From positions 102,547-166,546 of IMG/VR virus record IMGVR_UViG_3300021399_000106: a DNA stretch of 64,000 nucleotides. One strand, written 5' to 3'. Made by a program: the position numbers and the translations under genes. The notes under the pieces were generated by a model that ran no database searches, had not been told where the DNA came from, and worked only from the letters and a program-made list of their open reading frames with translations. This document shows positions 19,582-29,378 of the stretch, piece after piece; the first letter of the stretch is position 1; each line of letters begins with the position of its first letter. This DNA is from a virus (lineage: Duplodnaviria; Caudoviricetes).

Positions 19582-19836
19582 TTTTTCTTCATTCTCCTTT
19601 TCTTCTTCATTCTTATAATATTCACAATATATTTTTGCATCACTTGGTAAATAATAAGCATATAGTTCTTTCCTAGGTAATGGACCATAATCAATACCTT
19701 TAAATAATTCATCAATATCAATATCATTTAAACCATTATCTTTTAATTTTTGTTTTAAATAATATTCTTCTTCCGCTTTTTTAACTGCCTCAGTTGCTGT
19801 CGTAATAGAATCTTCCTTTCATTGTTTACATTTTAA

Positions 19837-20094
19837 TTATACATTGTTATTTTCTGTATTTTTAGTTTTTTTACAAGTCTTAATAAAATATATTATAGGA
19901 AATTGTAAGTTAACTAAAACCAAAATTAAATTAAGAAATGCAGTAGGATAAGTTCTAGTCATAAAACCATAAGTCATACAACATAAACTACCTAACAAAT
20001 TAACTAATCTTAGCCATCGTAATTTTTTAAATAAGAAGGATATAATAACTAATCCCATTCCTGCATATCCAATTAACTCTATTCATCAGGTCAT
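19837..20094 (-). CDS. Small 3-TM membrane protein, YgjV/PQ-loop-like (TGA=Trp)
   Basis: MTWWIELIGYAGMGLVIISF...LRLVNLLGS...YGF...LN; GAGGTG RBS. Confidence 0.7.
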
Positions 20095-20150
20095 ATAATC
20101 ACCTCTTATATGTTAATATATACATTATATAAATAAAAAAAATAAGGAAA

Positions 20151-20525
20151 TTAATCCTTATTTCTTAAATATTCTGTTAGTAAATTAAATAATTGTTCAT
20201 CAATTATATAATAATTTTCTTCATCAGGACCGAAATTAATTGCAACTGCACTATATTCTTTATTCATAAATATTGCTTCATCTCTGTTTTTTTCAATCCA
20301 TTCTTTATGAACTGTTATTGAATCACATGATTTTGTTTTTGTTTTACATTCTATTAAAAACAAATCATTCATAACGTCACCTTTTTGGAACATTGTTGCT
20401 CCGCTGTTAGCAGTTTGTTTTCCTGAAACAGCTTCTGCAACTGACTTTTCTTGTTTTGACGAATAATATCTTGTAGGCTTTGTAGTTTCTTTTCCTGTAA
20501 CGTATTTAGCGAATTTTCCTGCCAT
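20151..20525 (-). CDS. PD-(D/E)xK nuclease, Holliday junction resolvase-like
   Basis: QEKSVA, NSGA, KGDV, LIECKT; directly downstream of recA. Confidence 0.7.
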   Translation of the reverse strand: MAGKFAKYVTGKETTKPTRYYSSKQEKSVAEAVSGKQTANSGATMFQKGDVMNDLFLIECKTKTKSCDSITVHKEWIEKNRDEAIFMNKEYSAVAINFGPDEENYYIIDEQLFNLLTEYLRNKD

Positions 20526-21808
20526 TATTCTTCATCTTCTCTATCTGCTAGTTGAATTCTTTCTGCTTTATTAATTTCTTCAGCTTCCTTAAGAGTTAAG
20601 GTTACACCCTCATCTTCTTTCTGAATTGCAGCAGCTGTTTCTGCATCTAATAAGTTTCCTGAATATTGTCCTGAAGATGCAAGTTGAGCATTTAATTCTA
20701 ATGTATACTTCTCTGTAAATTCCTTATTAGCTTTAAAGTAAGCATATAAATCAGCTTTTTTACCTCTTAACTCTTTACCATCTGGAGTTTTTAGGATTTC
20801 CTTTGTTTTAGGATCTAATATTTCATATGTAATATTATTAAGTCTATTAATTATTCCAAACTTAGTAGCGATATTAAACATATCAGTAGTTACATCCATA
20901 TAAGCTTGTTTACCAGTTTCATCAAACATGTATGTTATAAATCCTCCACCTCTAGTAGTTGGAGCTGTTTTATTTTTTAAGAAACTAAATGAAATTCTAT
21001 AACCTGATGCTCCTTGACCTGTTGTAGCATTCTTTTCTTGACCAACTTTATTTGAATTTTCTAATTCTTTACCGTTTGCATCTAGGAATTTTCTTCTTCC
21101 AAATCTAATTCTTACACTTGCATAGAATTTAATTGCATCTCCACAAGGTTCATCTAAAATATCTGCACCTGTATAAGTTTGACCTTTTACTCTTGTTTGA
21201 TTAATAAATGCTAAATCAATATCATTAGCTTTAAGTGTAGGAATAATTTCACGCTGTCACTTATATAGGAATTTAGCAAGAGTTCCTCTCATACCGTTAT
21301 CCTTCTCAAATTCATTTTCATAATCAATAGATGGAACTAAAGCAGGAACGGAATCAATAATAATTAAAGATAAGTCGCTAATATTATTAGCCATATCAAG
21401 TAAAGTTCCTAAAATTAGTTCTCCTGATTCACCTACATCTGGATTGTAGATATATAATTTTTCAGGATCAAAACCATTAGCTTTAGATTGATATTCAACA
21501 TCATAAGTATTTTCTGCATCTACATATAAAACGGATTTATCTGGATAATTTCTTAAATAATCTGCAATAATTGCACTCATTCCAGATGTTTTACCACTTG
21601 AGTTTAAACCTGAAATTTCAATAATTCTACCTCCATGAGGCAATCCTCCTCATGTTGGATATGCAATACCAGGACATAAACTATTAACTCTAACATATTG
21701 TGGAATTAAGCTAGATTTTCTTAAAATATTATCATTTTTTCTTGTCTTTGCAAATGCTTTTGCATAATCTGCAAAGGTCATTTTTGTATTCTTTTCTTTT
21801 TCTGCCAT
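20525..21808 (-). CDS. recA: RecA/UvsX-like recombinase (two TGA=Trp)
   Basis: GGLPHGGRIIEISGLNSSGKTS, YVDAE, IIDSV, FINQTR, GDAIKFYASVRI, KNKTAP. Confidence 0.92.
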
Positions 21809-21820
21809 GATTATTCCTTT

Positions 21821-22363
21821 CTATTCTGTTATATCATTATTAGTTGATTCATAATCTGTATTATTACCACTATTTTCATAGTTATCTGTTAACTTTTTAT
21901 CACTTGCTCTTGAAATTAAAATACTTTTTAATGTATCAACAATTCTATGAGCTTCATCTAATTTTGTTTTAATTTGACTTGCAACTAATTTATATAACTT
22001 ACTTACAACTTTTTCTTTATTAACAGCTAATAAAGCTATATTTTTTCTTTGTTCATTATTTCCTTCAGCTGTATTCCAAGCATTAGCTTGTGCTTCATCT
22101 TGAACAATTTCTGCAATTTCAGCTGCAATGTTTGTTTTATCTTTTAATTCACCTAAATCATATGCTAATAATGATAATTTTAATTCAATTCTTCTAATAT
22201 CTTCATTAGTTAAATTATTAATATCATTTTTAACTTGTTTAACTAGTATATCAATAGATGATGTATACTCTTTAACTATATCTTTTGCTAATGAATTCAT
22301 ATCATCATATATATCATAAACTGTATTCATTGCTTCAATTATATGTTCTTTTAGAATAGCCAT
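21821..22363 (-). CDS. Hypothetical helical protein (possible recombination mediator)
   Basis: Coiled-coil ORF immediately upstream of recA; function is positional guess. Confidence 0.55.
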   Translation of the reverse strand: MAILKEHIIEAMNTVYDIYDDMNSLAKDIVKEYTSSIDILVKQVKNDINNLTNEDIRRIELKLSLLAYDLGELKDKTNIAAEIAEIVQDEAQANAWNTAEGNNEQRKNIALLAVNKEKVVSKLYKLVASQIKTKLDEAHRIVDTLKSILISRASDKKLTDNYENSGNNTDYESTNNDITE

Positions 22364-22411
22364 ATTTAATATCTCCTTACTTTAATATTTAACACTAAAT
22401 ATACAATTCTT

Positions 22412-22873
22412 TTAACTGAGAAAATATTCTCTAAAATCAGATTCCATATAAACTCTCTTTTTTACAGAAGGTACTTCAACTAAATCATATTTACCAATAT
22501 GTCTTAATCCAATAGATTTTTCACCATCATTATACATTTTCTCTGCAACTTTGATAGGAACTCAATAAATCTTATCTTTTTCATAGAATCATATAAGTAT
22601 TCCTGGATAAACATCCTTATCATCCTTATATTCCAACAATCTTTCATATTGTGGAATATCTGTAAAGCTTATTGAGGCTCCTGAATGAGATTTACATTCT
22701 ATCATAAATAACTTGTTATTCCCTGGAAATGCTAGGAAATCGCAAGGATTTTGGCTTGTTTCCTTAAAACCATTCATTTGATCTTTTAATCTGAATAATC
22801 AGGTTCCAGGAAAACATCTTTTTCAATTTTCTTTAAAATGGTCTTCAAAATTCTTTCCAAAATTACTAGCCAT
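22412..22873 (-). CDS. RecU-like Holliday junction resolvase (TGA=Trp)
   Basis: MASNFGKNFEDHF, NPCDF, IECKS, Q...L; ATG overlaps upstream TAA; ends TAA 22412-22414. Confidence 0.75.
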
Positions 22874-23355
22874 TATTGAACCATCTCTTCCTTATCATCT
22901 GAATTAGTTTCATCTTCCATATTTTCTTTTTCCATAGAGTTAAGGTATTTAACAATTTCCTCTGTCATTAAATCTTTCATATATTTTTTACTTTCAACAT
23001 ATGCATATTCTTCAGGTAATTCAAAGGAACATTGTAAAGGTTTACAGCCACAGAACATTCTTAATATAGCAGTTAATTCTGATTTAGTATACCACATAAC
23101 TTGAATTCAAAATGACTTCTTATCCTCTTCTTTTAAAACACTATTAAAATAAGTTACTCAATATTTTGAAAAATCTTCTTCCTTAATTCCTTTAAAGAAG
23201 CATCAACTTTCAAAATGTTGCTTATATTTAAAATATAATAGTTTATTTATATATTCTTGGGCTTCATTTGCAGTAGATGTTATACAAAGCATTATATCGG
23301 GATTAGCAGAACCTTTAACGCAAAAGAATTTAAATTTTTTCTTTCTTCCAAACAT
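22873..23355 (-). CDS. Hypothetical protein (TGA=Trp)
   Basis: ATG 23355 in frame with 22873..23097 through three TGA. Confidence 0.65.
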
Positions 23356-23582
23356 TATTTCTTACCTTGTTTATCATTTTCTTGTTGAATCAATGCTGCC
23401 AACATATTTCCATGATTAACTATCCTTTTATAAAAATCTCTTGTTACATTTAACTTTGCATCATAATAGCCAACTATTCTTTGATAAAAATCTCTACCTA
23501 TTTGATCTCCAGTTACTGTATCTGTATCCACTCACCCTATAATTCTTTGATAAAAATCCCTTACAGGTTTTCTTTCCATCAT
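23355..23582 (-). CDS. Small protein with three RDFYxRI repeats (TGA=Trp)
   Basis: RDFYQRII/RDFYQRIV/RDFYKRIV; GGAG RBS; TAATG coupling. Confidence 0.7.
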
Positions 23583-23584
23583 AG

Positions 23585-23959
23585 TTAGTATAACTCCTCT
23601 CCATAATCTTGTAAATAATCTCTAAGATTTACAAATTGATTTATTGCATCATCAATTGGAATTAGCTCAGCTCTTGTTATTTTCTTCTTAAAGTCATTTA
23701 AATATTGGCTAACGTCTTTTATTATCTTTATTTCGTTAAATGCCATTGTTTTTCTTTCTTGATTAAATGTTTTTGGTAACAATTCTACATCTGGAATTCT
23801 AGGACCAGAAGTTGCTATTGTAGTTGTTCCTAATAATGTTCTAGCAACATAATATCAAAACATGCCATCATCATTACTAGCTTCAATAGCAAATTCACCT
23901 ATATTATCCACATCTAGTTCTCCTAGAAAAGTAGCTTCTCCATTATAATTAATTATCAT
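23585..23959 (-). CDS. Hypothetical protein (TGA=Trp)
   Basis: ATG 23959 with AAGGA RBS, in frame with 23585..23782. Confidence 0.65.
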
Positions 23960-24659
23960 TTGATTTATCCTTAGGAATTATGCCTTTCTTTTCATCAAAT
24001 TCATATTCAACTACTTTTCCTTCACCGTCAACTGGCTTAATTGTTCCATTTAATAATCCAATATTGAAATCAATAGTATCATTAATTTGTTTTAAATCAG
24101 GATTTGCATTAATTTCTTCAAATAATTTTTCTTTTCTTGTTTTTAAAGAATCTAGATACATTTGTAATACTTGTGTTTTTTCTTCATCTGTAGCCTTATC
24201 GAATGCTGGTATAACTTCTAAACCATAATCATCTAGTTGAATACCATCAAGCATTTCAGTCATTTGTTGAATAACTTCTGCATAAGGTCCTTTATATGAT
24301 TCTGAATTAATATGTCCATCATATGTTTGATAAGCTAAATGAACCTCATTTGCTCTAGGAATAATATAATCCTTTTTACCAACACTTATATTTCTTTCTC
24401 TACTTAAATGTTGTTCTTTAGATTTACTAACAACCATTGGATTTAAAAATTCCTTGTAATTATTTGAATTTGTTTTAACTACAAATAATCTTAAATTTTT
24501 ACCAATTTGTGGAGCACATAAACAAACAACATCTTTTTGTTTTCTTAATTCGGTCTTTAATAAATTAATAGCTTCCTTAACATCTTTTAATGCAACTTTT
24601 CCAGTTATTTCATCTGTTCTTTCAAGTTTTAAATTTTCCTTAATTAAACTACCTTCCAT
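23949..24659 (-). CDS. Peptide deformylase homologue with degenerate metal-binding motifs
   Basis: LCAPQIG..LRLFVV, FLNP, PRA.EV..Y, A.VIQ..LDGI skeleton; EGCLS is ERNIS and HEXXH is QMTEM. Confidence 0.8.
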   Translation of the reverse strand: MEGSLIKENLKLERTDEITGKVALKDVKEAINLLKTELRKQKDVVCLCAPQIGKNLRLFVVKTNSNNYKEFLNPMVVSKSKEQHLSRERNISVGKKDYIIPRANEVHLAYQTYDGHINSESYKGPYAEVIQQMTEMLDGIQLDDYGLEVIPAFDKATDEEKTQVLQMYLDSLKTRKEKLFEEINANPDLKQINDTIDFNIGLLNGTIKPVDGEGKVVEYEFDEKKGIIPKDKSNDN

Positions 24660-24949
24660 TAATTCTTATCTCCTTCTAAATAATTATCAAATTCTTTTGG
24701 TATTTCAACCAATTCAGGTTCTTTTTTCTTTTTACTTCTAGAACTTGGTGCATTTAATTTATCCATAAATATTCTAGCTGTATCATAAACCAACTGAGCT
24801 CTTTCAAAATCTGCTAAAGCATTTTGTGCTTGTTCAGCGGTCATTTCACCTTTATTATAATATTCTGTAACATCTTCCAATATTTCTTTAATTTCAAAAT
24901 ATTGTGTTTCAATATCCTTAAAATAATGCTTAGCATCTACTTTTGACAT
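24659..24949 (-). CDS. Hypothetical protein
   Basis: GAAAGGA RBS before ATG 24949; promoter motif 24987-24995. Confidence 0.65.
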   Translation of the reverse strand: MSKVDAKHYFKDIETQYFEIKEILEDVTEYYNKGEMTAEQAQNALADFERAQLVYDTARIFMDKLNAPSSRSKKKKEPELVEIPKEFDNYLEGDKN

Positions 24950-25009
24950 ATTAATATTCCTTTCATAGTTATATTTATTATAATAAATATACAATTTTTT
25001 TATACAAAG

Positions 25010-25031
25010 AAAAGAGGATGTTTCCATCCTC
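25010..25031 (-). terminator. Intrinsic terminator
   Basis: GAGGATG-GAAA-CATCCTC followed by TTTT on minus strand. Confidence 0.75.
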
Positions 25032-25046
25032 ATAAATACCTATATA

Positions 25047-25493
25047 TTAATCCCAACTAATTATGATATTACAAGTACCTTCATCTACTTGTTTACATTC
25101 TACTTCATATCCTAATATAGTTAGTTCATGAAGTAATTCATTCTTAAAAGTTTCATTTAAATAATTACCAGTATATACTACTTTAGTTTCACCTTCTAAG
25201 GATGCCTCATTAATCCACTTATATAGACGTTTCTTTATTGCTATACCACTCTTGGATTGTAATGAAGCCTTTGATGCTAATACCACATAGGAGTTATTTT
25301 TTAATATCTTTTCCTTTTCAATATGGTCATCTAAAAATTTATCATATTCAGGTGATTTAAACCATTCATCCGCAGTGAATTCTTTTCCATTATGCTTGAT
25401 TTTATAAAGTCTTTTTCCTTGTTCTTCTAATTCTTTTTGTTTCTCTTCTACTTCTTTTTTTAACATTTCATACTTTTCATATTCTTTATCCAT
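25047..25493 (-). CDS. Hypothetical protein
   Basis: Monocistronic ORF between promoter motif and terminator. Confidence 0.65.
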   Translation of the reverse strand: MDKEYEKYEMLKKEVEEKQKELEEQGKRLYKIKHNGKEFTADEWFKSPEYDKFLDDHIEKEKILKNNSYVVLASKASLQSKSGIAIKKRLYKWINEASLEGETKVVYTGNYLNETFKNELLHELTILGYEVECKQVDEGTCNIIISWD

Positions 25494-25578
25494 ACTTATT
25501 CTTTCTGCTCTATAGGACTATGATGCTATGGTACAACACGCGAATCCTTATACTAATATATACAATTTTTTATAAAAT

Positions 25579-25602
25579 AAAAAACCTCTAATTAAAGAGG
25601 TT
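25579..25602 (-). terminator. Intrinsic terminator
   Basis: AACCTCT-loop-AGAGGTT plus T tract on minus strand. Confidence 0.7.
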
Positions 25603-25615
25603 GATTTAATGTATT

Positions 25616-26869
25616 TTAGTAAACATCTAAGTTTATGCTAATATTTAATTCATTTCCAAATTCATCAAATATTAATAATGTTTGTGATGGTTTGCTAAAT
25701 AATCTTTTACCTAATGCATATTGTTCTGTTCCTACAATTGAACCATTAACATATACTTTAGCTCCTTGGAAGGATTTAGCTTTTTCACAATGATAATGAC
25801 CCATTGCAATATAATCAATATATTGTCTAGTTCCACCAACTATATTTTGTCAACAAGAATTTAAGTTTTCTAAATGTCCGTGAGCAAATACAAACTTTTT
25901 ACCATTTAATAATTCAAACATTCCTAATGAATCATCTAAATTATCATTAACAAATTGAATTGAAGTTCCTTTTAATCGTTCTTGTAAATATCAATCAATT
26001 AATTTATAGAAATTTTCTTTTTCAATATGTTCATGTAAATTAGCAACTGCTCTGGAATGATTATCTGTAACACTTCTATAAATAATTTCACAATTTAATT
26101 CAGTTAATTTATTTAAGGCATTAGCTAATAATTCACTTGCTAACATAATTTGTTCTACTACATCATATTGTTGTTCTAATCTAGCACTAACATGAATTAA
26201 ACCGTGTATTAAGTCTCCAAGATTTAAAATATTTAATCTTTCAACTCCATTATTTCTACAATGTCTAATAACCATATCAGCTCAATGTTCTAATCTTGCT
26301 TTTGCAATATCTATATTATATTTATTATAAAAATTGTTACAATCTACACCAATATGTAAATCAGATAATAAAGCTACACCCTCAACCTTTGATAAAGGTC
26401 TATCAATTAAATTAAATTGTTCCATTTGAGGTAATTCATTTAGTTGATTAACTGTTTCTTTAATTGCATCTCTTAATACTTCAATTCTTGCCTCATCTCT
26501 GATTGTTTTACGATAAGCATTTAGAATATCTCTATTTTTAGTAAGTATCTTATAATCTTCTCTAAAAGATTCTTCGTCTGATTCCTCTGCGATATCTTCC
26601 TTTTGATTCTTAACAAATTTCATTGTTGCTTCTTCAGCAATAGATTCTCTTTCATTAATTAAATCTTCAACCATTGATTCATTTCTATAAACTCAGGTTC
26701 TAAAAGCATCAGGACTTTTCTTTAATCCTAAATAATTAACTAATTCTTTTCAATTTCTTTGTTTAACAGGTAATTCTCTAAATTTCTTTCCGATACTTAA
26801 TAATGCAACCTCATCATAATTTCCATTGAATGAGTCTACATATTGATAAAATTCTTCTTTATTTAACAT
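25616..26869 (-). CDS. Calcineurin-like metallophosphoesterase (TGA=Trp)
   Basis: Three ORF fragments in frame; LSDLHIG, LGDLIHG, DNHSR, AHGH, MGHYH. Confidence 0.85.
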
Positions 26870-26911
26870 AAATTCTCCTTAATTTTTAAAATATCAAATT
26901 AATTATACAAT

Positions 26912-27478
26912 TTAATCTTTATTAATAATTGAAACTTCTTCAACTGCTTGAATTGCATCGTCAGTATTTATGTAATCATCAGGAAGAACTACAGGATTTT
27001 GTAACAAACTTAAAATATCCTTAATTGCTCCAACTACGTTATCTTTAGAATCTTTACTTAATGTAGTTCCTAGATTAATATTAACTTCGTTAGTTGTTCC
27101 TCCAGAATTAGCTGCAACTTGTTGAATTAATTCTTTATTTTCTATTGAGTCAACTACTCTTTGTGATTTATCAATTTGTGCAGAAATAACAGTTAAATAA
27201 TCTAATAGTTCTTTATTAGACATTTGGTCAGGTCTTTTATCGAATCTATCTATCATCTGATTTTCTACTTTAGATTGTAATTGTTCCAATTTTGCTATTC
27301 TTAAAGCATTCTTTTTACTTTGATTAATATCAAATAATTCAATTTGTTTTTTTAACTCGTCTTTATTACCTGCTTCAATTAAAGCTTCTAGTATGTCTTT
27401 TTGAGTTTTATCCAATGCATCTGGCTTAGCAATTTCTGCTAACTCATTGGATATCTTTGCAATATCATATTCGGGCAT
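26912..27478 (-). CDS. Hypothetical helical protein (weak resemblance to small-terminase architecture)
   Basis: Coiled-coil core then TNEVNIN strand; not diagnostic. Confidence 0.5.
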   Translation of the reverse strand: MPEYDIAKISNELAEIAKPDALDKTQKDILEALIEAGNKDELKKQIELFDINQSKKNALRIAKLEQLQSKVENQMIDRFDKRPDQMSNKELLDYLTVISAQIDKSQRVVDSIENKELIQQVAANSGGTTNEVNINLGTTLSKDSKDNVVGAIKDILSLLQNPVVLPDDYINTDDAIQAVEEVSIINKD

Positions 27479-27489
27479 AAGTTCACCAC

Positions 27490-27822
27490 CTAACAAAGGT
27501 TTTTATAAACCTGTTCAAATTTTTGAGCTAATGTTTTATTTATTACATCCTCAAGTAAATTTAGTTTATTTTTTAATGTGTCTCTTACATTAGTTTCTAA
27601 ATTAGGATTAGGAACTACCTTATAACGTATTGAATCTAGATTATCATACTTTATATAAAGAGTAAATAAATCAAAAAAGTTAAATTCTGATACAGTTTTA
27701 TCTGCTAATATATCTTCCTCTAATGTTTCGCATATAGCGTATAAAACTTTTTCATTTAATTTATCCAGAGTCTTTTTAGGTATTGTTGTTAATGTAGAAA
27801 TATCTTCATTTATATTTGTCAT
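27490..27822 (-). CDS. Hypothetical protein
   Basis: ORF packed in operon. Confidence 0.65.
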   Translation of the reverse strand: MTNINEDISTLTTIPKKTLDKLNEKVLYAICETLEEDILADKTVSEFNFFDLFTLYIKYDNLDSIRYKVVPNPNLETNVRDTLKNKLNLLEDVINKTLAQKFEQVYKNLC

Positions 27823-27823
27823 A

Positions 27824-28093
27824 TTATTGTAATCCTTTCTTTAAATTATCGAAAGTTTCCTCTTTCATTTGTAATAAATTTTTTAGTTTTCATAAATCTG
27901 AATAAAATCTTTCATAAGCAGTTCCTCATTCAGCTGCTAAAAGATAATAATCTTCATTAGACAATCTTTTGAAATATTCAATTGCGTGAGTATTTAGCTT
28001 ATCGTTTATAACTAACGTAAAAAGCTCTTCACGGGAATAATTTTTATACTTGGCTAAATCTTTGGAAATATCTATAAGAGTTTCTATAAACAT
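27824..28093 (-). CDS. Hypothetical protein (TGA=Trp; absent from ORF track)
   Basis: ATG overlaps upstream TAA; fills gap exactly when two TGA are read through. Confidence 0.65.
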
Positions 28094-28494
28094 TATTCTT
28101 TAGAAGTCCTTTCAAATTCATAATTTTCAATAACTTCACTTACAGTTTTATAAACATCAATTAGCTCCTCTTTTTTAAATTCAGCTGTTGATAAGCTATT
28201 TAATGCTTCCTCAATAGATCCGTTGTCAATATTAACATAATAATATAAAATCATAGCCTGTATAAAAAGTCTAAATTCTCTTAATGTTGGAATTTTTATT
28301 GTCATTCCTCCAAAATATGTAAGTAACTTTACCATATTATCATTATCTAATAAATATGCAAGTTCACTTAAAACTGAATAATTTGGATTATCTTTTAATT
28401 TATATAAAGCAAACATAAGCATTGATGTTGTATCTTGCTTATTAAGTCTATTTAAAGATGCTTTAACTTCTTGTTTTCTTTTTTTAGTTATCAT
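28093..28494 (-). CDS. Hypothetical protein, Mor-like 'FGGxxIxIP' motif
   Basis: LLTYFGGMTIKIPT. Confidence 0.5.
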   Translation of the reverse strand: MITKKRKQEVKASLNRLNKQDTTSMLMFALYKLKDNPNYSVLSELAYLLDNDNMVKLLTYFGGMTIKIPTLREFRLFIQAMILYYYVNIDNGSIEEALNSLSTAEFKKEELIDVYKTVSEVIENYEFERTSKE

Positions 28495-29378
28495 TATAAT
28501 TCCCTCTGATCTTCATCGTATGTTGTAAATCCTGTTTTAATAATTCCATCAATGATTTCATCGCTTAAATCAGAATGTGTTCTTCCTGCTTTTAATTCAT
28601 TGCTCATAATTCTCTTTATTCTAAAAACTAAAAATCTTATATAATTTTCCATATGAGCAGGTAAATGTCATAAAATAACATCATGTGTATTTTTATCATA
28701 AGCTTGTAACAACTTATATATATCATTTTTTAAAGCTTTCTGATTTAATTTATCCTCTACTGCCTCTCTAAGAGTTACATTTTCAATAAGAGTTAAAACA
28801 CAAGATATATAGATTCGTTTCATCATTACAGGATCTCTCTGATAAGGACATATTCTTTGTAAAGACCTTTTGATTTTAAATGGCATCTGTGGAAGTAATT
28901 CATCTAATTCTTCTTTTAAATCTTTTATATACTGTTGTCTAACTTCTTCTCTTAAATTATCTGCAAGAGCATCAGAATTAGAAACCATATCAGGCATTAT
29001 TACACAGGAATACATATTTTGTTCATATTGAACTTTATAAGGATAAATAACGCTCTTTATAAAATTCAATATAGATTTTATAGGAACTATTTCTTTACCT
29101 CTGCTAATTTCGCCCTTATGTTCTCATTTTTTTCGCATAATACAGAAAATTTCTGCTGTTAAAAATAAAGAAAAATCGTCATAATATTTATATTCTGTGA
29201 AGAAATGTTGCTTCTTTGCTAATGAATCTATAATAAAATATATATATTTTACAATAGTATCTTCTAGCGCTTGATTATGAGTTTCCATTAAAACAGGAAA
29301 GTTCTTATCAACGAATATACACATATCAACGATTTTAACTTTTTTAGGTCTTTCAAATGTAGGAGTATTTCAACCCAT
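28494..29378 (-). CDS. Hypothetical protein, candidate gp55-like late sigma factor (TGA=Trp)
   Basis: Fragments in frame via TGA; adjacent to gp46/47-like genes; 'IIDSLAKKQHF..YKYYDD' weakly resembles gp55. Confidence 0.4.

Noticed and set aside
20525-21808. Intron or intein splitting recA
   Set aside because: The gap between ORF fragments translates directly into RecA motifs (FINQTR, IKFYASVRI)
25495-25560. tRNA gene (for example a TGA suppressor)
   Set aside because: Too short, no cloverleaf or T-arm GTTC motif; I found no tRNA anywhere in the window by eye, which is not a substitute for tRNAscan
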